From the human T2T-CHM13v2.0 reference genome, Homo sapiens, in assembly GCF_009914755.1 (NCBI RefSeq), contig NC_060938.1: DNA of 64,000 bases. One strand, written 5' to 3'. Position numbers and translations under genes: made by a program. Shown piece after piece: positions 45,101 to 63,398 of this stretch. Numbering within the stretch: position 1 is the first letter of the stretch; each line of letters starts with the position of its first letter. The notes below the pieces were generated by a model that saw nothing but the letters and a program-made list of their open reading frames with translations, made no database searches and was not told where the DNA came from.

Positions 45101-46410
45101 AAAATTTTTGCAATCTACTCATCTGACAAAGGGCTAATATCCAGAAACTACAAAGAACTTAAACAAATCTGCAAGAAAAAAATGAACAACCCCATCAAAA
45201 AGTGGGCAAAGGATATGAACAGGCAATTCTCAAAAGAAGACATTTATGCAGCCAACAGACACATGAAAAAATGCTCATCATCACTGGCCATCAGAGAAAT
45301 GCAAATCAAAACCACAATGAGATACCATCTCACAACAGTTTAGAATGGCGATCATTAAAAAGTCAGGAAACAACAGATGCTGGAGAGGATGTGGAGAAAT
45401 AGGAACACTTTTACACTGTTGGTGGGAGTGTAAACTAGTTCAACCATTGTGGAAGACAGTGTGGTCATTCCTCAAGGATCTAGAACTAGAAATACTATTT
45501 GACCCAGCAATCCCATTACTGGGTATATACCCAAAGGATTATAAATCATGCTACTATAAAGACACATGCACATGTATGTTTATTGTGGCACTATTCACAA
45601 TAGCAAAAACTTAGAACCATCCCACATGTTCATCAATGATAGACTGGATTAAGAAAATGTGGCACATATATACCATGGAATACTATGCAGCCATAAAAAA
45701 GGATGAGTCCATGTCCTTTGCAGGGACATGGATGAAGCTGGAAACCATCATTCTGAGCAAACTATCACAAAGACAGAAAACGAAACACCACATGTTCTCA
45801 CTCATAAGTGGGAATTGAACAATGAGAACACTTGGACAGAGGGTGGGGAACATCACACATGGGGGCCTGTCATGGGGCGGGGGGCAGGGGAGGGATAGCA
45901 TTAGGAGAAATAACTAATGTAAATGATGAGTTAATAGGTGCCACAAACCAACATGGCATATGTATACCTACATAACAAACCTGCACGTTGTGCACATGTA
46001 CCCTAGAACTTAAACTATAATTTAAAAAAAAAAAGTGGCACATATATACCAAGGAATACTATGCATCCATAGTATTTGCGGCAACATGGACACAGCTGGA
46101 GACCATTATCCTAAGTGAATTAATGCATGAACAGAAAACCAAATACCACATGTTCTCACTTATAAGTGGTAGCTAAACATTGGGTACTCATGAACATAAG
46201 GATGGCAACAATAAACACTGGGGAGGTCTAGAGGTGAGAGAGAAGGAAGGCGGCAAGGATTGAAAAACTAACTTGGGTACTATGCTCAGTACCTGGATGA
46301 CACAATTATTCCTGACCCAAACTTCGGCATCACACTGCATGCCCAGGTAACAAACCTGCACGTGTACCCCCTGAATCTAAAATAAAAGTTGAAAGATAAG
46401 GAAAAAACAA
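42108..46410 (+). mobile_element. 5'-truncated L1PA15/16-like LINE-1 hosting a younger L1 insertion
   Basis: ORF2 remnants (LFTDDIILY); 3' UTR ending ctgaatctaaaataaaagttgaaa. Confidence 0.85.
44874..46034 (+). mobile_element. 5'-truncated L1PA6-like insertion
   Basis: ORF2 C-terminus, 3' UTR and A tail; TSD-like flanks aaaa(t)gtgg(t/c)aca at about 44861-44873 and 46031-46042. Confidence 0.88.
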
Positions 46411-46920
46411 AAACAACAAAAAACAGTTTTTAGCATGGTTCCTTCCTTCTTTGTTAATCACTGTATCCCTATGTACTGCGCTTAAGTGAGTTTGGGGATA
46501 GCTTTCAACTCTGCTATGCTTGCCCATATATTCACAATTTCTCCTGCTCTTTATTCCTCTCTTTAGATCTATATTTCCATCTGATATCATTGTACTTCAG
46601 CCTGAAGAATTCCTTCGACATGTCTTATAATGCTCATGTGTTCATGATTAATTTTTTCAGCTTTTGCTATAGCCTGGAAACTCAAGATAATACACTGAGG
46701 CATGGAGTTCAGCTTTTCCCTTCTCACCATTTGTTTCCCTTTTCTCAGGAGTTTCTGTCCTATGTTGCTTATTGTTAAAGGTCTGGAAACAGTTGTTTGA
46801 CGTATTTTGTCTGTTTTTGTTTTTGTTATTCAAGGCAGGAGGGTAAATCTGGTCCCTGTTACTCTATCATGGCTAGAAGCAGAAATCTTACCCTTTCATA
46901 GACAAAAAATGGATCTGACT

Positions 46921-48160
46921 CTTTTTTTCCAGCTTTATTGAGGTGTAATTTAAAAATAACAATTATATATATTAAAGATGTATGATGTCATGTTTTAACA
47001 TACATACGCATTGTATAACGATTACTATAATCAGATTAAGACATCCTCACCACACAGTTACCCTTTTTTGTGTGGCAGGGGGGTGGGGTGTGAAGACACT
47101 TCAGATCTACTCTCTTCACAAATTTCAAGTAAACAGTACAGTAGTATTAACTATAGTCACCATGTTTTGACCCTAGCAACTACCATTCTACTCTCTGCTT
47201 CTCTGTGAGTTCAACTCTTCTAGATTCCACATATAAGTGATATCATACAGTATTTGTCTTTCTATGTCTGGTGTATTTCACTTAGCATAATTGCCTCCAG
47301 TTACATCAATGTTGTCAAAAATGGCAGGATTTCCTTCTTTTATATGAATAATATTTCATTATATATGTGTATAGTATATGTACATATATGTATGTGTATA
47401 TATTATATATGTATGTATATAATATATATGTATATATGTATGTGTGTGTGTATATTACATATACAAATATATGTATATACACACACACATACACATATAC
47501 ACACACAAACACACAACAGTTTCTTTATCCATTCACCTATTGATGGATACATAGGTTATTTTTGTATCTTGGCTATTGTGAACTTGGGGGTACAGATATC
47601 CTTTAGAGACACTAATTTCATTTCTTTTGGATATATACCCTGAAGTAGGATTGCTCGATCATATGGTAGTTCTATTTTTAATTTTTTGGAGGAACTTCCA
47701 TACTTTTTTCCAAAACAGTTGTTAACAATTTACCTTCCCACCAACAGTATTAAAGGTCATTTCTCCACATTCTTGCCATCACTTGTTATCTCTTGTCTTT
47801 TTTATAATAATCATCATAATGGGTGTGAGGTGAGATCTCATTGTGGCTTTGATTTATATTTATATTTCTGATTTATATTTATATTTCTCTGATGATCCAT
47901 GATTTTGAACATTTCTTCCTATACTTGTTGGCCATTTGTAAGACTTTTTAGAAAAAACATATCTATTCAGGTTCTTTGCCCATTTTTAATAGGATTATTT
48001 GGCTTTATTGCTACTGAGTTGCATGAGTTCTTTATATATTTGGACATTAAGCTTTTACTCAGTACATGGTTTTGCAAATATTTCCCCCCATTCTGTTTTC
48101 TTTTTATTGATTGTTTCTTTTTCTGTACAGACACTGTTTAGTTTGTTGTAGTCCCACCAA
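46921..48160 (-). mobile_element. L1MA8/9-like 3' end
   Basis: cagctttattgaggtgtaatt...tagattccacatataagtga...; contains an expanded TA/TG tract. Confidence 0.75.
47355..47515. repeat. Degenerate (TA)/(TG)/(CA) microsatellite
   Basis: Seen directly in the sequence. Confidence 0.9.
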
Positions 48161-48232
48161 CTTTCGATAAAACCTATGTCATAGAATATGTTGTTTTCAT
48201 CTTTGTGTTAAGTGCCTTTTATGATTTATTAA

Positions 48233-48673
<441 letters not shown>

Positions 48674-50814
48674 TCATATTGAGGTTACAAAAGGATTTGA
48701 ATTTGAAGGATATGAAAGAAAGCATTTCTCTAAAGAGAACTGACGCTCTACTGCTCTGGGGAGAAAATGGGCTTTCATCTTGGCAGAAGGATTTCAGTGA
48801 GGTACCTCAGAGTACTTAACGTGTCATTTGCAATTGGAGGACCTAGTGGTCTGTTGTCTATTTATACCTGTGCAATCTACATCATGATTTACTCTGGCTA
48901 GCTGTTCTAATGGCAAAGCAAGGAAGAATTTCCTGAGTTGCACATGGCTTGTACCCTCAGAGAATGCATGAATTTCCCTTCAAAAACCAGGAGGAAAAAG
49001 CTGGCTTTATTGATCTTAGGCCCTGTCCAAAAAACTAACTAGAGGTACAAAATAGATCTCAGTAAAAACAATCTGAAGGTACTGCTGGGTTACACGGTGC
49101 TAAAAAAAATAAGTAAATGACTCAGTATAAATTAGATATGCTGTCCTCTATAAGGAAACTTGTCTTAGGTGAAACATCACCAGCATTTACAAGAAATAGA
49201 CTTGTTTTTAAACACCTATTGAACCCAGAAGAGAGCACAGGTGCCAGACAAGGATGACAATGCCAATTGAAAGAGAACTCTTTTCCTACCTCCTCTCTAC
49301 CTGAAGGGCCACAAAAAGGGTTTATGAGATGAGAAAGAAAAGGATTTAGGAATGCTAATTAGAAGCCTCAATTTTAAAGCAAGTTTGGATATTTGATAAT
49401 TACAAAGAAAAGATCACATCAATTGCTATATTGAGATGCTGTGATCTCTAGTGACTATTGAAACTTTTATGTTACCTAAAAGAGACCAGAGATGTTATGG
49501 GGTCTGCCCAAGTTTTCATTCAGGGGCAGGGGAAGAACTAACTCCATAGTTTAGATTTAGAGGACAGTCAATATGAGAGGAGTCAAAAATAGGGTGGCCT
49601 GGTATTACATCCCATAGATTGTTCTTGTTCAGTATAAAGGTTTTGTATATTTTTGTATACAAAATACACAACTTCTACTTCTTCACTGAAGTTAATATTA
49701 GATATGGAAAGCTAAATCATAATTCTGCTGTATAAGAAATACACCATAATGATTAAGGAAATAATAATGTTTATTTACAATCATAAAAATATGTAGAATA
49801 GCTTTTTAGTTATGTAAATTTACCCAAGAAGGTAGTTGAAATGAAAGTAAGAGAAAAGCCTATTATGAGCTCTTTTTTAAACCTCTTCATGGTGTCCTTT
49901 TAAGTTGTTTAATTTTAACAACTCTATTCCCTTCGGTGTAAACATTTTGATTTCAGCAACATTTCATAATTTATCCAACATGTAAAATCACATTAATGCA
50001 ATGTTTGACTAAATTTGATTTTTTTAAAAAAATTTGTTCATTTTAGACAAGAAAATGTGCTTCAAAGAAATCAGAAATTATTATCACATTATGTATTACA
50101 GCCATTTATTTGTGGAAATGGAGCATGAAATAAACTATTTAGTTCATTAGCTCGAGTAGGAGAGCACTGTTCAAGCATGTCGTCCATTAATCATTGATAA
50201 CCAGTGTTTAGTGTGCAGACATGCAAGACTGCTAATCTGGCTAAATAATATAGAATCCTCTTTATCAACATCATAGTATGTGCAACTTTTATGTGTCATT
50301 TATCACAGTCCCCTTGGCAGAGCCCATGGAAAAAAAGCTTTGAATTGAGATTAATTAAATAGTAAAGCTTTATGTGTTTTCAGAAAACAGATCTTGAAAT
50401 TTTCAAATATTTTCCTTGTTCTTTTTTTTCTCTTATGATATCTCAAACAAAATTTGGCAAGACATCTGTGTGACCAGTTCAATCTCTAACTCCCTTTTGA
50501 AATCATGGTCTACCCTGTTCTTATAACAAATGATTGATGTCCTGTCAATAATCAACTCCTGATGAATGCTGCTGAATAATCATCAGTAATATTGAATGGG
50601 AGGAAATCCAAATGAAATCTTGTACACAGTGTATTCAAATAATCATTTTCCTCGGCATCGAAATACTAGAGGTAGATTGATTATACTTTAGAGATAAGAG
50701 CAGTGGATATTTTCTTCCCAAGGTTATCAATAAAATCACTTATAAAATTAACTCTGCCACTTTCCAAATATACTGCCCACCCTTAATAGCAAAAACTTTA
50801 AATTCTCTTTAAAA

Positions 50815-51600
<786 letters not shown>

Positions 51601-52492
51601 GATTCTACATGGATGTAGAACAAAATATATAGGTCTCTTTCTTTTCATAGACAGAGGATCTGGGTGAAGAGAGACTGAGACACAGGTGTCCTAAAGCAGA
51701 GGACAACAGTGCAGAAAGAGGACCTGTGCCATCTGAAGGCATGCCTCACAGCAGAGAAACATCAACTCACCTGAAAGGGAAGCAATGGACAGTTGCATTA
51801 ATGAAATTGGATCATGCTTTCTGCTTGTTATTAAATTTTACTTTCTGATAGTTAAGGAATGCTTGTAACTGAGGAAGTACCGACTTTTCTGGAAGGCATA
51901 TTTCCCAGATTTGTAAGAAGAGTTAGAACCACAAAAACATGGTAGCAAAAAAGGTAACTCACCATGTCTTTTGGGCTTCGGGTACCCCAGCCTGAAAATT
52001 TGGTTCTATTTCAGCAATCAGGTAATTTAGTAGTATTTGTCTTTTTATATTCCCATTTAAATAAATCTAGACTGTATTACATCTGCTCTTTCTGAATATG
52101 TATAAACCACATCCTAAGATCTGCTGGCTGTGGAATTTAAATATTTGCCCAAACTGGCCACTTCACTTTCTCTGGGCTGGAAGTCCTGTAACACCAAGTC
52201 AATCCCATATATAAGCTCCTTTTATTTCCTCTTACATGACCAGGCTTGGACATGTTTTTGGCTTGCCTTCAACACTCTCCTTCAAGACTTAATTTTTAGC
52301 ATCTTCCATTGGCAGATAAGGGTCCCTTTCACATCCAGGTCTTCAGATACAGCTTCCAAACACCAAGTGGCCACAGATCCCATCTTCTATCACACCATCC
52401 TATCAGGGGAACCAGACTAGACAAAGAAAAACTTAAAGGCAGTGCTAGTCCTGTCAAACTCAGAGGATGCTTTAATAGCATTTGCTCTGAAT

Positions 52493-52564
52493 TTTGAATT
52501 GAATTAATTCAATTTGAAATTTGAATTGAATTAATTCAATTTGAAATTTGAATTGAATTAATTC
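52493..52564. repeat. 27-bp tandem repeat (2.7 copies) of a palindromic unit
   Basis: Unit tttgaattgaattaattcaatttgaaa, containing the perfect palindrome aattgaattaattcaatt. Confidence 0.95.
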
Positions 52565-52714
52565 CCCAATCTGTACAGACTCACAAGATGGAGAGAGAAG
52601 TAATCATTGTTAATTGTAATAATAATAATATTGACTAACATTTAATCAGCCTTTATAATGTGCTAAGGACTGATTTACTGTGGTTATATGAATATCTTCT
52701 TTAAGCCTCACTAC

Positions 52715-53179
52715 TGACAAAGATTTTCTCCTTGATCAAATTTTGGTCAGGTTACCATGAGCCCTCTTCTGAACTGGGACCTTGGCCCAGCCTATCTCAG
52801 CCTAGCCCAGTTAAGCAAGAATCTTGTTAACTCCATTTAGCAAGAATCTCCCAACCCTTAATACACGATCTCCCTTAATGTCTGATCAAATTCATTATCC
52901 CCTACCTTTGATGTATAAATCCCTGGCCTACCTTTAACAAAAATTCTTTTAGAACATTAAGCAAGAATGCCCCTACCCTTGATCTCTCCTCTTAGTAATT
53001 TTCCATTCACTGTCCCCTACACTCTGTTCTTTGGCTATAAAATCCCAGCTGCTTTTGCGGTAGTCAGAGGGAGCTCAGTTGCTCCCCACTATTGTGACAG
53101 TCATGACCCCTATTGCAATAGTCTTGAATAAAGTCTTCCTTACAGTTTTAACAAGCATGAGAATAATTTTTCTTTAACA
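52715..53179 (+). mobile_element. MER31/MER67-like ERV1 solo LTR inserted in a MIR
   Basis: Runs tgacaaagattttctccttgatcaaatttt...ggctataaaat...aataaagtcttcc...tttctttaaca; near-TSD ctac/caac. Confidence 0.75.
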
Positions 53180-53375
53180 CAACCACTCTATGAGGCATGT
53201 AATGCCTGCATCTCCTTTCTACCAAGATAAAACAAAGACAGAAATTTCAAATAAAACATTTAAGTACACACAATAATACCCAGGATTGGAAGCCAGGCAC
53301 TGTGACTTCAGAGGCTAAGCTCTTGGCTATTTTCCTTTGTAGGAAAATACTGTTCTGCTTCAAATTGTGTTTTAG

Positions 53376-53376
<1 letters not shown>

Positions 53377-53420
<44 letters not shown>
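53377..53420. repeat. (CA)22 microsatellite
   Basis: Perfect repeat seen directly. Confidence 0.97.
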
Positions 53421-53424
<4 letters not shown>

Positions 53425-54603
53425 TTCAATTGTGGTGATGTTAGACTAGGCTTTTATGGCTTATGAAGATGTAGGTTAGCAGGAGAGAAAAACAGACTAA
53501 GTTAATCTTTCTCAGTCAACCTCTTTTAAAGAAAATGATGCTACATGAACTTCAATGGAAATAGAATTTAGTGCAATGAAAACTTAGCAAGTGAGAATAA
53601 AGTGGAGAAAATGCTGTTTTGACAATACCCAGAGATAGTAAAACCTTCAAGTTCACTGTTTTTTTTTTGTTGTTGTTGTTGTTGTTATTGACAAAATGTA
53701 GACTCTGCTGCTGAGAAGTTTAATAAAAGAAAATATATTAGCTAGCTTTTAGGTATAGGTCAGTGAAATCCACATTAGGGACCACTTTTGTTACATATCA
53801 GAAATCTTTTTATTAGGTACAATGCAGTTCTTTCACTCTCTGTGCCAGACAATCTGGCTGGTTAAAACAATTTCATGTTTTGGAAGGTCATGCTTGAGGT
53901 GGGAGTAACAGGTTTAAGAGCTCAACTACCCACAAGAAGAATAGGAAAAATTTTACTCCTACTCAAGCAGCCAACCACTGTCAAAACTGAAAGAAGCATC
54001 AGTAAAATAAGAATACACTTACTGTAGTATCAGCTGTGAAGAAATTGGGCCACCTAATGGGAAAGTCTGAGGCAGAGAGAGGAAAAGAAGAGGAAGTAGC
54101 AGGAGGATAGAGAAAATCAGTGTTTTGGGCCCACACTGTCATGGCAAACAAGCTAAGTCTGTGGGTCTGAGGACTCCCAGGAACCTACATGTACTCAGGG
54201 CATCTCATATCCTGTGAGAACTGCTCTGAACCTACAAAAGGTGTCCTACCTCCACCTTCTAGGGCATAGGAGGACATATGAATGCATATCCACATATGTG
54301 AGCAGGGATAGGTAAAGACCATTCTTTCTCCCATTCTCCCCATTGGTAATAGAGTCCCCATGTTTTAGGTGGCATCATGACCTGCCAGCTTGAAGCTGCA
54401 TTTCCTTGGCTCCCTTGCAGATAGTTGGATTAGAAAGATCTTGCCAAACGAATGTGAGCTAAAGAGATATGCACAACATCTGGGACTTGTCCTAAAGTCT
54501 TGCACTTTTTAACTAGGAGACTGACATCAAGAAGCTTAAAGTAAAATTAAAAATTGGATGGCAGTAATAGGATTCATAATGGAAGCAAGCAAATAAATGT
54601 TTT

Positions 54604-54953
54604 TGTATTCGTCCATTTTCATGCTGCTGATAAGGACATACCCAAGACTGGGCAATTTACAAAAGAAAGAGGTTTAATGGACTCACAGTTCCACGTAGCT
54701 CACGAGGCTTTACAATCATGGTGGAAGGTGAAAGACATGTCTCAAATGGTGGCAGACAAGAGAGCTTGTGCAGGGAAACTCCCCTTCATAAAACCATCAG
54801 ATCTCCTGAGACTTATTCACTATCATGAGAACAGCATGGGAAAGACGTGCCCCGATGATTCAATTACCTACCACCAGGTTTCTCCCACAAAGGGAATTGT
54901 GGGAGCTACAATTCAAGATGAGATTTGGGTGGGGACAGGGCCATATCATATCA
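54604..54953 (-). mobile_element. THE1B solo LTR
   Basis: Runs tgtattcgtccattttcatgctgctgataa...gcttgtgcagggaaactcccc...gagatttgggtggggaca...catatca. Confidence 0.9.
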
Positions 54954-55112
54954 GCTATCATGTTACATAAATGGTATAAATAAATACTACCATGTCACCA
55001 ATAAATAGATGCTACCATGTTAACTGAGATGGAAAAACAAGATATGCCTGAAACTAAACATGTCAATGGCAGTGGGGGAAACAGGTCAGATTTAAGAAAT
55101 AATTATAATTAA

Positions 55113-55430
55113 GGCCAGGCGTGGTGGCTCACGCCTGTGATCCCAGCACTTAGGGAGTCCAAGGCAGGCAAATCACCTGAGGTCAGGAGTTTAAAACCAG
55201 CCTGGCCAACATGGTGAAACCCCACCTCTATTAAAACTGTACAACAATTGGCCAGACGAGATGACGCATGCCTGTAATCCCAGCTACTCAGGAGGCTGAG
55301 GCAGGAGGGTCGCTTGAACCCGGGAGACCGAGGTTGCAGTGAGCTGAGATCACGCTACTGCATTCCCACATGGGTGGCAGAGCGAGGCTCCATCTCCACA
55401 AAATAAATAAATGAATAAATAAATAAATAA
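55113..55430 (+). mobile_element. AluSx-like
   Basis: Alu dimer with an (AAAT)n tail, lying tail-to-tail with the adjacent L1. Confidence 0.92.
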
Positions 55431-55674
55431 ATGATTAAAAATCAAACTCTTTTTTTTAATTTTATTATTATTATACTTTAAGTTTTAGGGTACATGTGCA
55501 CTATGTGCAGGTTTGTTACATATGTATACATGTGCCATGTTGGTGTGCTGCACCCATTAACTCGTCATTTAGCATTAGGCATATCACCTAATGCTATCCC
55601 TCCCCACTCCCACCACCCCACAACAGTCCCCGGAGTGTGATGTTACCCTTCCTGTGTCCATGTGTTCTCATTGT

Positions 55675-59503
<3,829 letters not shown>

Positions 59504-59566
59504 TATGATGTTAGCTGGTTATTTTGCTCTTTAGTTGATCCAGTTTCTTCCTAGCTTTGACGGTCT

Positions 59567-60666
59567 TTACATTTTGGCATGTTTTTGCAGTGGCTGGTAC
59601 CAGTTGTTCCTTTCCATGTTTAGTGCTTCCTTCAAGAGCTCTTTTAGGGCAGGCCTGGTGGTGACAAAATCTCTCAGCATTTGCTTGTCTGTAAAGTATT
59701 TTATTTCTCCTTCACTTATGAAGCTTAGTTTGGCTGGATATGAAATTCTGGGTTGAAAATTCTTTTCTTTAAGAATGTTGAATATTGGCCCCCACTTTCT
59801 TCTGGCTTGTAGAGTTTCTGCTGAGAGATCCGCTGTTAGTCTGATGGGCTTCCCTTTGAGGGTAACCCGACCTTTCTCTCTGGCTGCCCTTAACATTTTT
59901 TCCTTCATTTCAACTTTGGTGTATCTGACAATTACGTGTCTTGCAGTTGCTCTTCTCGAGGAGTATCTTTGTGGTTTTCTTTGTATTTCCTGAATCTGAA
60001 TGTTGGCCTGCCTTGCTAGATTGGGGAAGTTCTCCTGGATAATATCCTGCAGAGTGTTTTCCAACTTGGTTCCATTCTCCCCGTCACTTTCAGGTACACC
60101 AATCAGACATAGATTTGGTCTTTTCACATAGTCCCATATTTCTTGGAGGCTTTGTTCATTTCTTTTTATTCTTTTTTCTCTAAACTTCCCTTCTCCCTTT
60201 ATTTCATTCATTTCGTCTTCCATCACTGATACCCTTTCTTCCAGTTGATCGCATCGGCTCCTGTAGTTCTTGAGCCTTGGCTTTCAGCTCCATCAGCTCC
60301 TTTAAGGACTTCTCTGCATTGGTTATTCTAGTTATCCATTCATCATGTAGTTATCCATTCTTCATGTAGTTCTTGAGCCTTGGCTTTCAGCTCCATCAGC
60401 TCCTTTAAGGACTTCTCTGCATTGGTTATTCTAGTTATCCATTCATCTAATTTTTTTTCAAAGTTTTTAACTTCTTTCCCTTTGGTTTGAATTTCCTCCT
60501 GTAGCTCGGAGTAGTTTGATCATCTGAAACCTTCTTCTCTCAACTCGTCAAAGTCATTCTCCATCCAGCTTTGTTCTGTTGCTGGTGAGGAGCTGCATTC
60601 CTCTGGAGGAGGAGAGGCACTCTGCTTTTTAGAGTTTCCAGTTTTTCTGCTCTGTTTTTTCCCCAT
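59567..60666 (-). pseudogene. L1 ORF1, disrupted
   Basis: ATG at 60666 (MGKKQ...); the C-terminal 219 codons are open, and the coiled coil carries a stop and a duplication. Confidence 0.9.
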
Positions 60667-61259
60667 CTTTGTGGTTTTATCTAGTTTTGGTCTTTGATGA
60701 TGATGACGTACGGATGGGTTTTTGGTGTGGATGTCCTTTCTGTTTGTTAGTTTTCCTTCTAACAGACAGGACCCTCCGCTGCAGGTCTGTTGGAGTTTGC
60801 TAGAGGTCCACTCCAGACCCTGTTTGCCTGGGTATCAGCAGCGGTGGCTGCAGAACAATGGTGGCTGTAGAACAGCAGATATTGGTGACCTGCAAATGCT
60901 GCTGCCTGATCGTTCCTCTGGTAGTTTTGTCTCAGAGGAGTACCCCACCGTGTGAGGTGTCAGTCTGCCTCTACTGGGGGGTGCCTCCCAGTTAGGCTGC
61001 TCGGGGGTCAGGGACCCAGTTGAGGAGGCAGTCTGCCCATTCTCAGATCTCCAGCTGCATGCTGGGAGAACCACTCCTCTCTTCAGAGCTGTCAGACAGG
61101 GACATTTAAGTCCGCAGAGGTTACTGCTGTCTTTTTGTTTGTCTGTGCCCTGCCCCGAGAGGTCGAGCCCACAGAGGCAGGCAGGCCTCCTTGAGCTGTG
61201 GTGGGCTCCACCCAGTTCGAGCTTCCTGGCTGCTTTGTTTACCTAATCAAGCCTGGGCA

Positions 61260-61730
61260 ATGGCAGGCACCCCTCCCCCAGGCTCGCTGCTGCCTTGCAG
61301 TTTGATCTCAGACTGCCGTGCTAGCAATCAGCGAGACTCCGTGGGCGTAGGACCCTCCGAGCCATGTGCGGGATATAATCTCCTGGTGTGCCGTTTTTTA
61401 AGCCCCTTGGAAAAGTGCAGTATTAGGGTGGGAGTGACCCGATTTTCCGGGTACTGTCTGTCACCCCTTTCTTTGACTAGGAAAGGGAACTCCCTGACCC
61501 CTCGCACTTCCCGAGTGAGGCAATGCCTCGCCATGCTTCGGCTCATGCACGGTGCGCTGCACCCACTGTCCTGCACCCATTGTCTGGCACTCCCTAGTGA
61601 GATGAACCCGGTACCTCAGATGGAAATGCAGAAATCACCCATCTTCTGCATCGCTCAGGCTGGGAGCTGTAGACTGGAGCTCTTCCTATTCGGCCATCTT
61701 GGCTCCACCCCCGAAACTCTTAAGATTTAG
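61260..61730 (+). CDS. L1 ORF0-like antisense ORF, extended to 156 aa
   Basis: MAGTPPPGSLLPCSLISDCRASNQRDSVGVGPSEP matches the ORF0 N-terminus; expression unknown. Confidence 0.45.
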   Translation: MAGTPPPGSLLPCSLISDCRASNQRDSVGVGPSEPCAGYNLLVCRFLSPLEKCSIRVGVTRFSGYCLSPLSLTRKGNSLTPRTSRVRQCLAMLRLMHGALHPLSCTHCLALPSEMNPVPQMEMQKSPIFCIAQAGSCRLELFLFGHLGSTPETLKI

Positions 61731-62874
61731 TGAATATGGCTTAAGGGATAAGTGATAGCCAAGATGTCTCAGCACATATATCTAGCTGACTGGGTGGTGG
61801 TGCCATTCATTGAGATAGAGAATACATAGAAAAAAGCAATTTTAAGGGATTGACTAGAAATCTTGGTTAGTTACCACAACAAAGCTGATGCATCTGACAC
61901 AGGAATGGAGCCAAATTTTTCCTTCTTTGCAAAGAGTACCAGTGCCCTGAAAATACAGAGAAAAGACCTCATGCACCCCTTCTTCCACAGGTTGGAGGAT
62001 GATCTCATGCTTAAAATGAAAGAACTATTCATTAATGGCAAAAACAGAGGCACCCGCCTCCAGGAAGCATATTAATTGTACAATCACTGTCATAATATGA
62101 GAGACTTTGCCTTCTGCATCTGAAAATGCCTCTCCATGTGGGGACTCAAAATCCAGTATGACAGGTGGAGTAGAACCCAAAAGCACACACAATGGAATTG
62201 AGACATAAAAAGGAGGCATGAAAATTTTATGCCATGGAAGCTCCAGTAAAGAAAGAGTAATAGCAATCAAAGATCACTATATAAGATGATTAAACAGCCA
62301 CTCATTATTTTCTCCCATTTGTATTAGAAAAGGGTGCTGATCTTCATGCTATTCACTGTCATCAATAAACCTCTCTCTTTTTCTTGTTTTCTATAAAGAA
62401 CTTGTGCTGCAAGTGTAATCACTGCCATTTGAATAAAAAATATGGCCACACCCTCAATTGGAATTACCTGTGGGTGGTGGTCACTGTGTGGAGTTGAATG
62501 GGAAAATGAGCTTGATAAACAGCTGGGCCTGCTGGACCAATGCCTCGTCTGTGACACTGCCATAGCCCAGCAGTATTTGTTTTTTTAATCTGTTCAGAGG
62601 AATATATTAGTCCAAGTCCCACTTGGAAACAGAAAACATCCTTCCTGTGGTTGAAGTAGATATAAGGGAAAATATTATGTAGAGTATGGCACCTGACAAG
62701 ACAGACACCTTCAGAAAAGTTGCCTGCAACTTTCACAAGCACAAAACAAAATACAAGCACAGTTCCCAGCTTGGTGGGTGCAGAAAACTTGCATCACATC
62801 ATCCCCTGGGTGTCTTGAGTTTGCCAGAGCCCTAAGATTATCCAACAAGAAGCACCGAAATATATTAATTATAA

Positions 62875-63030
62875 ACACTAACTCTGGAGCCAGACAACCT
62901 GGTTCAAATTCCAATACTGCTACTCAACTTAGGCAAATTCCATATGTTCTTTGTGCCTCAGTTTCCTAATCTTTAAAAATGGAGATATAATAATCTACAA
63001 GACTAACAGGCTTCTGGGTTAAATGATTTA
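62875..63030 (+). mobile_element. MIR SINE
   Basis: ctctggagccagac...ggttcaaattcc...tgtgcctcagtttcct. Confidence 0.75.
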
Positions 63031-63043
63031 AAATGTAAAATGT

Positions 63044-63398
<355 letters not shown>

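Noticed and set aside
47851-47888. 19-bp direct duplication gatttatatttatatttct
   Set aside because: Ordinary slippage in AT-rich decayed L1.
54554-54970. 138-aa ORF
   Set aside because: Almost entirely THE1B LTR sequence, with a TTG start.
61900-62850. Unique segment with short ORFs, possible exon or conserved element
   Set aside because: No convincing splice pattern, coding signal or recognisable motif cluster from sequence alone.
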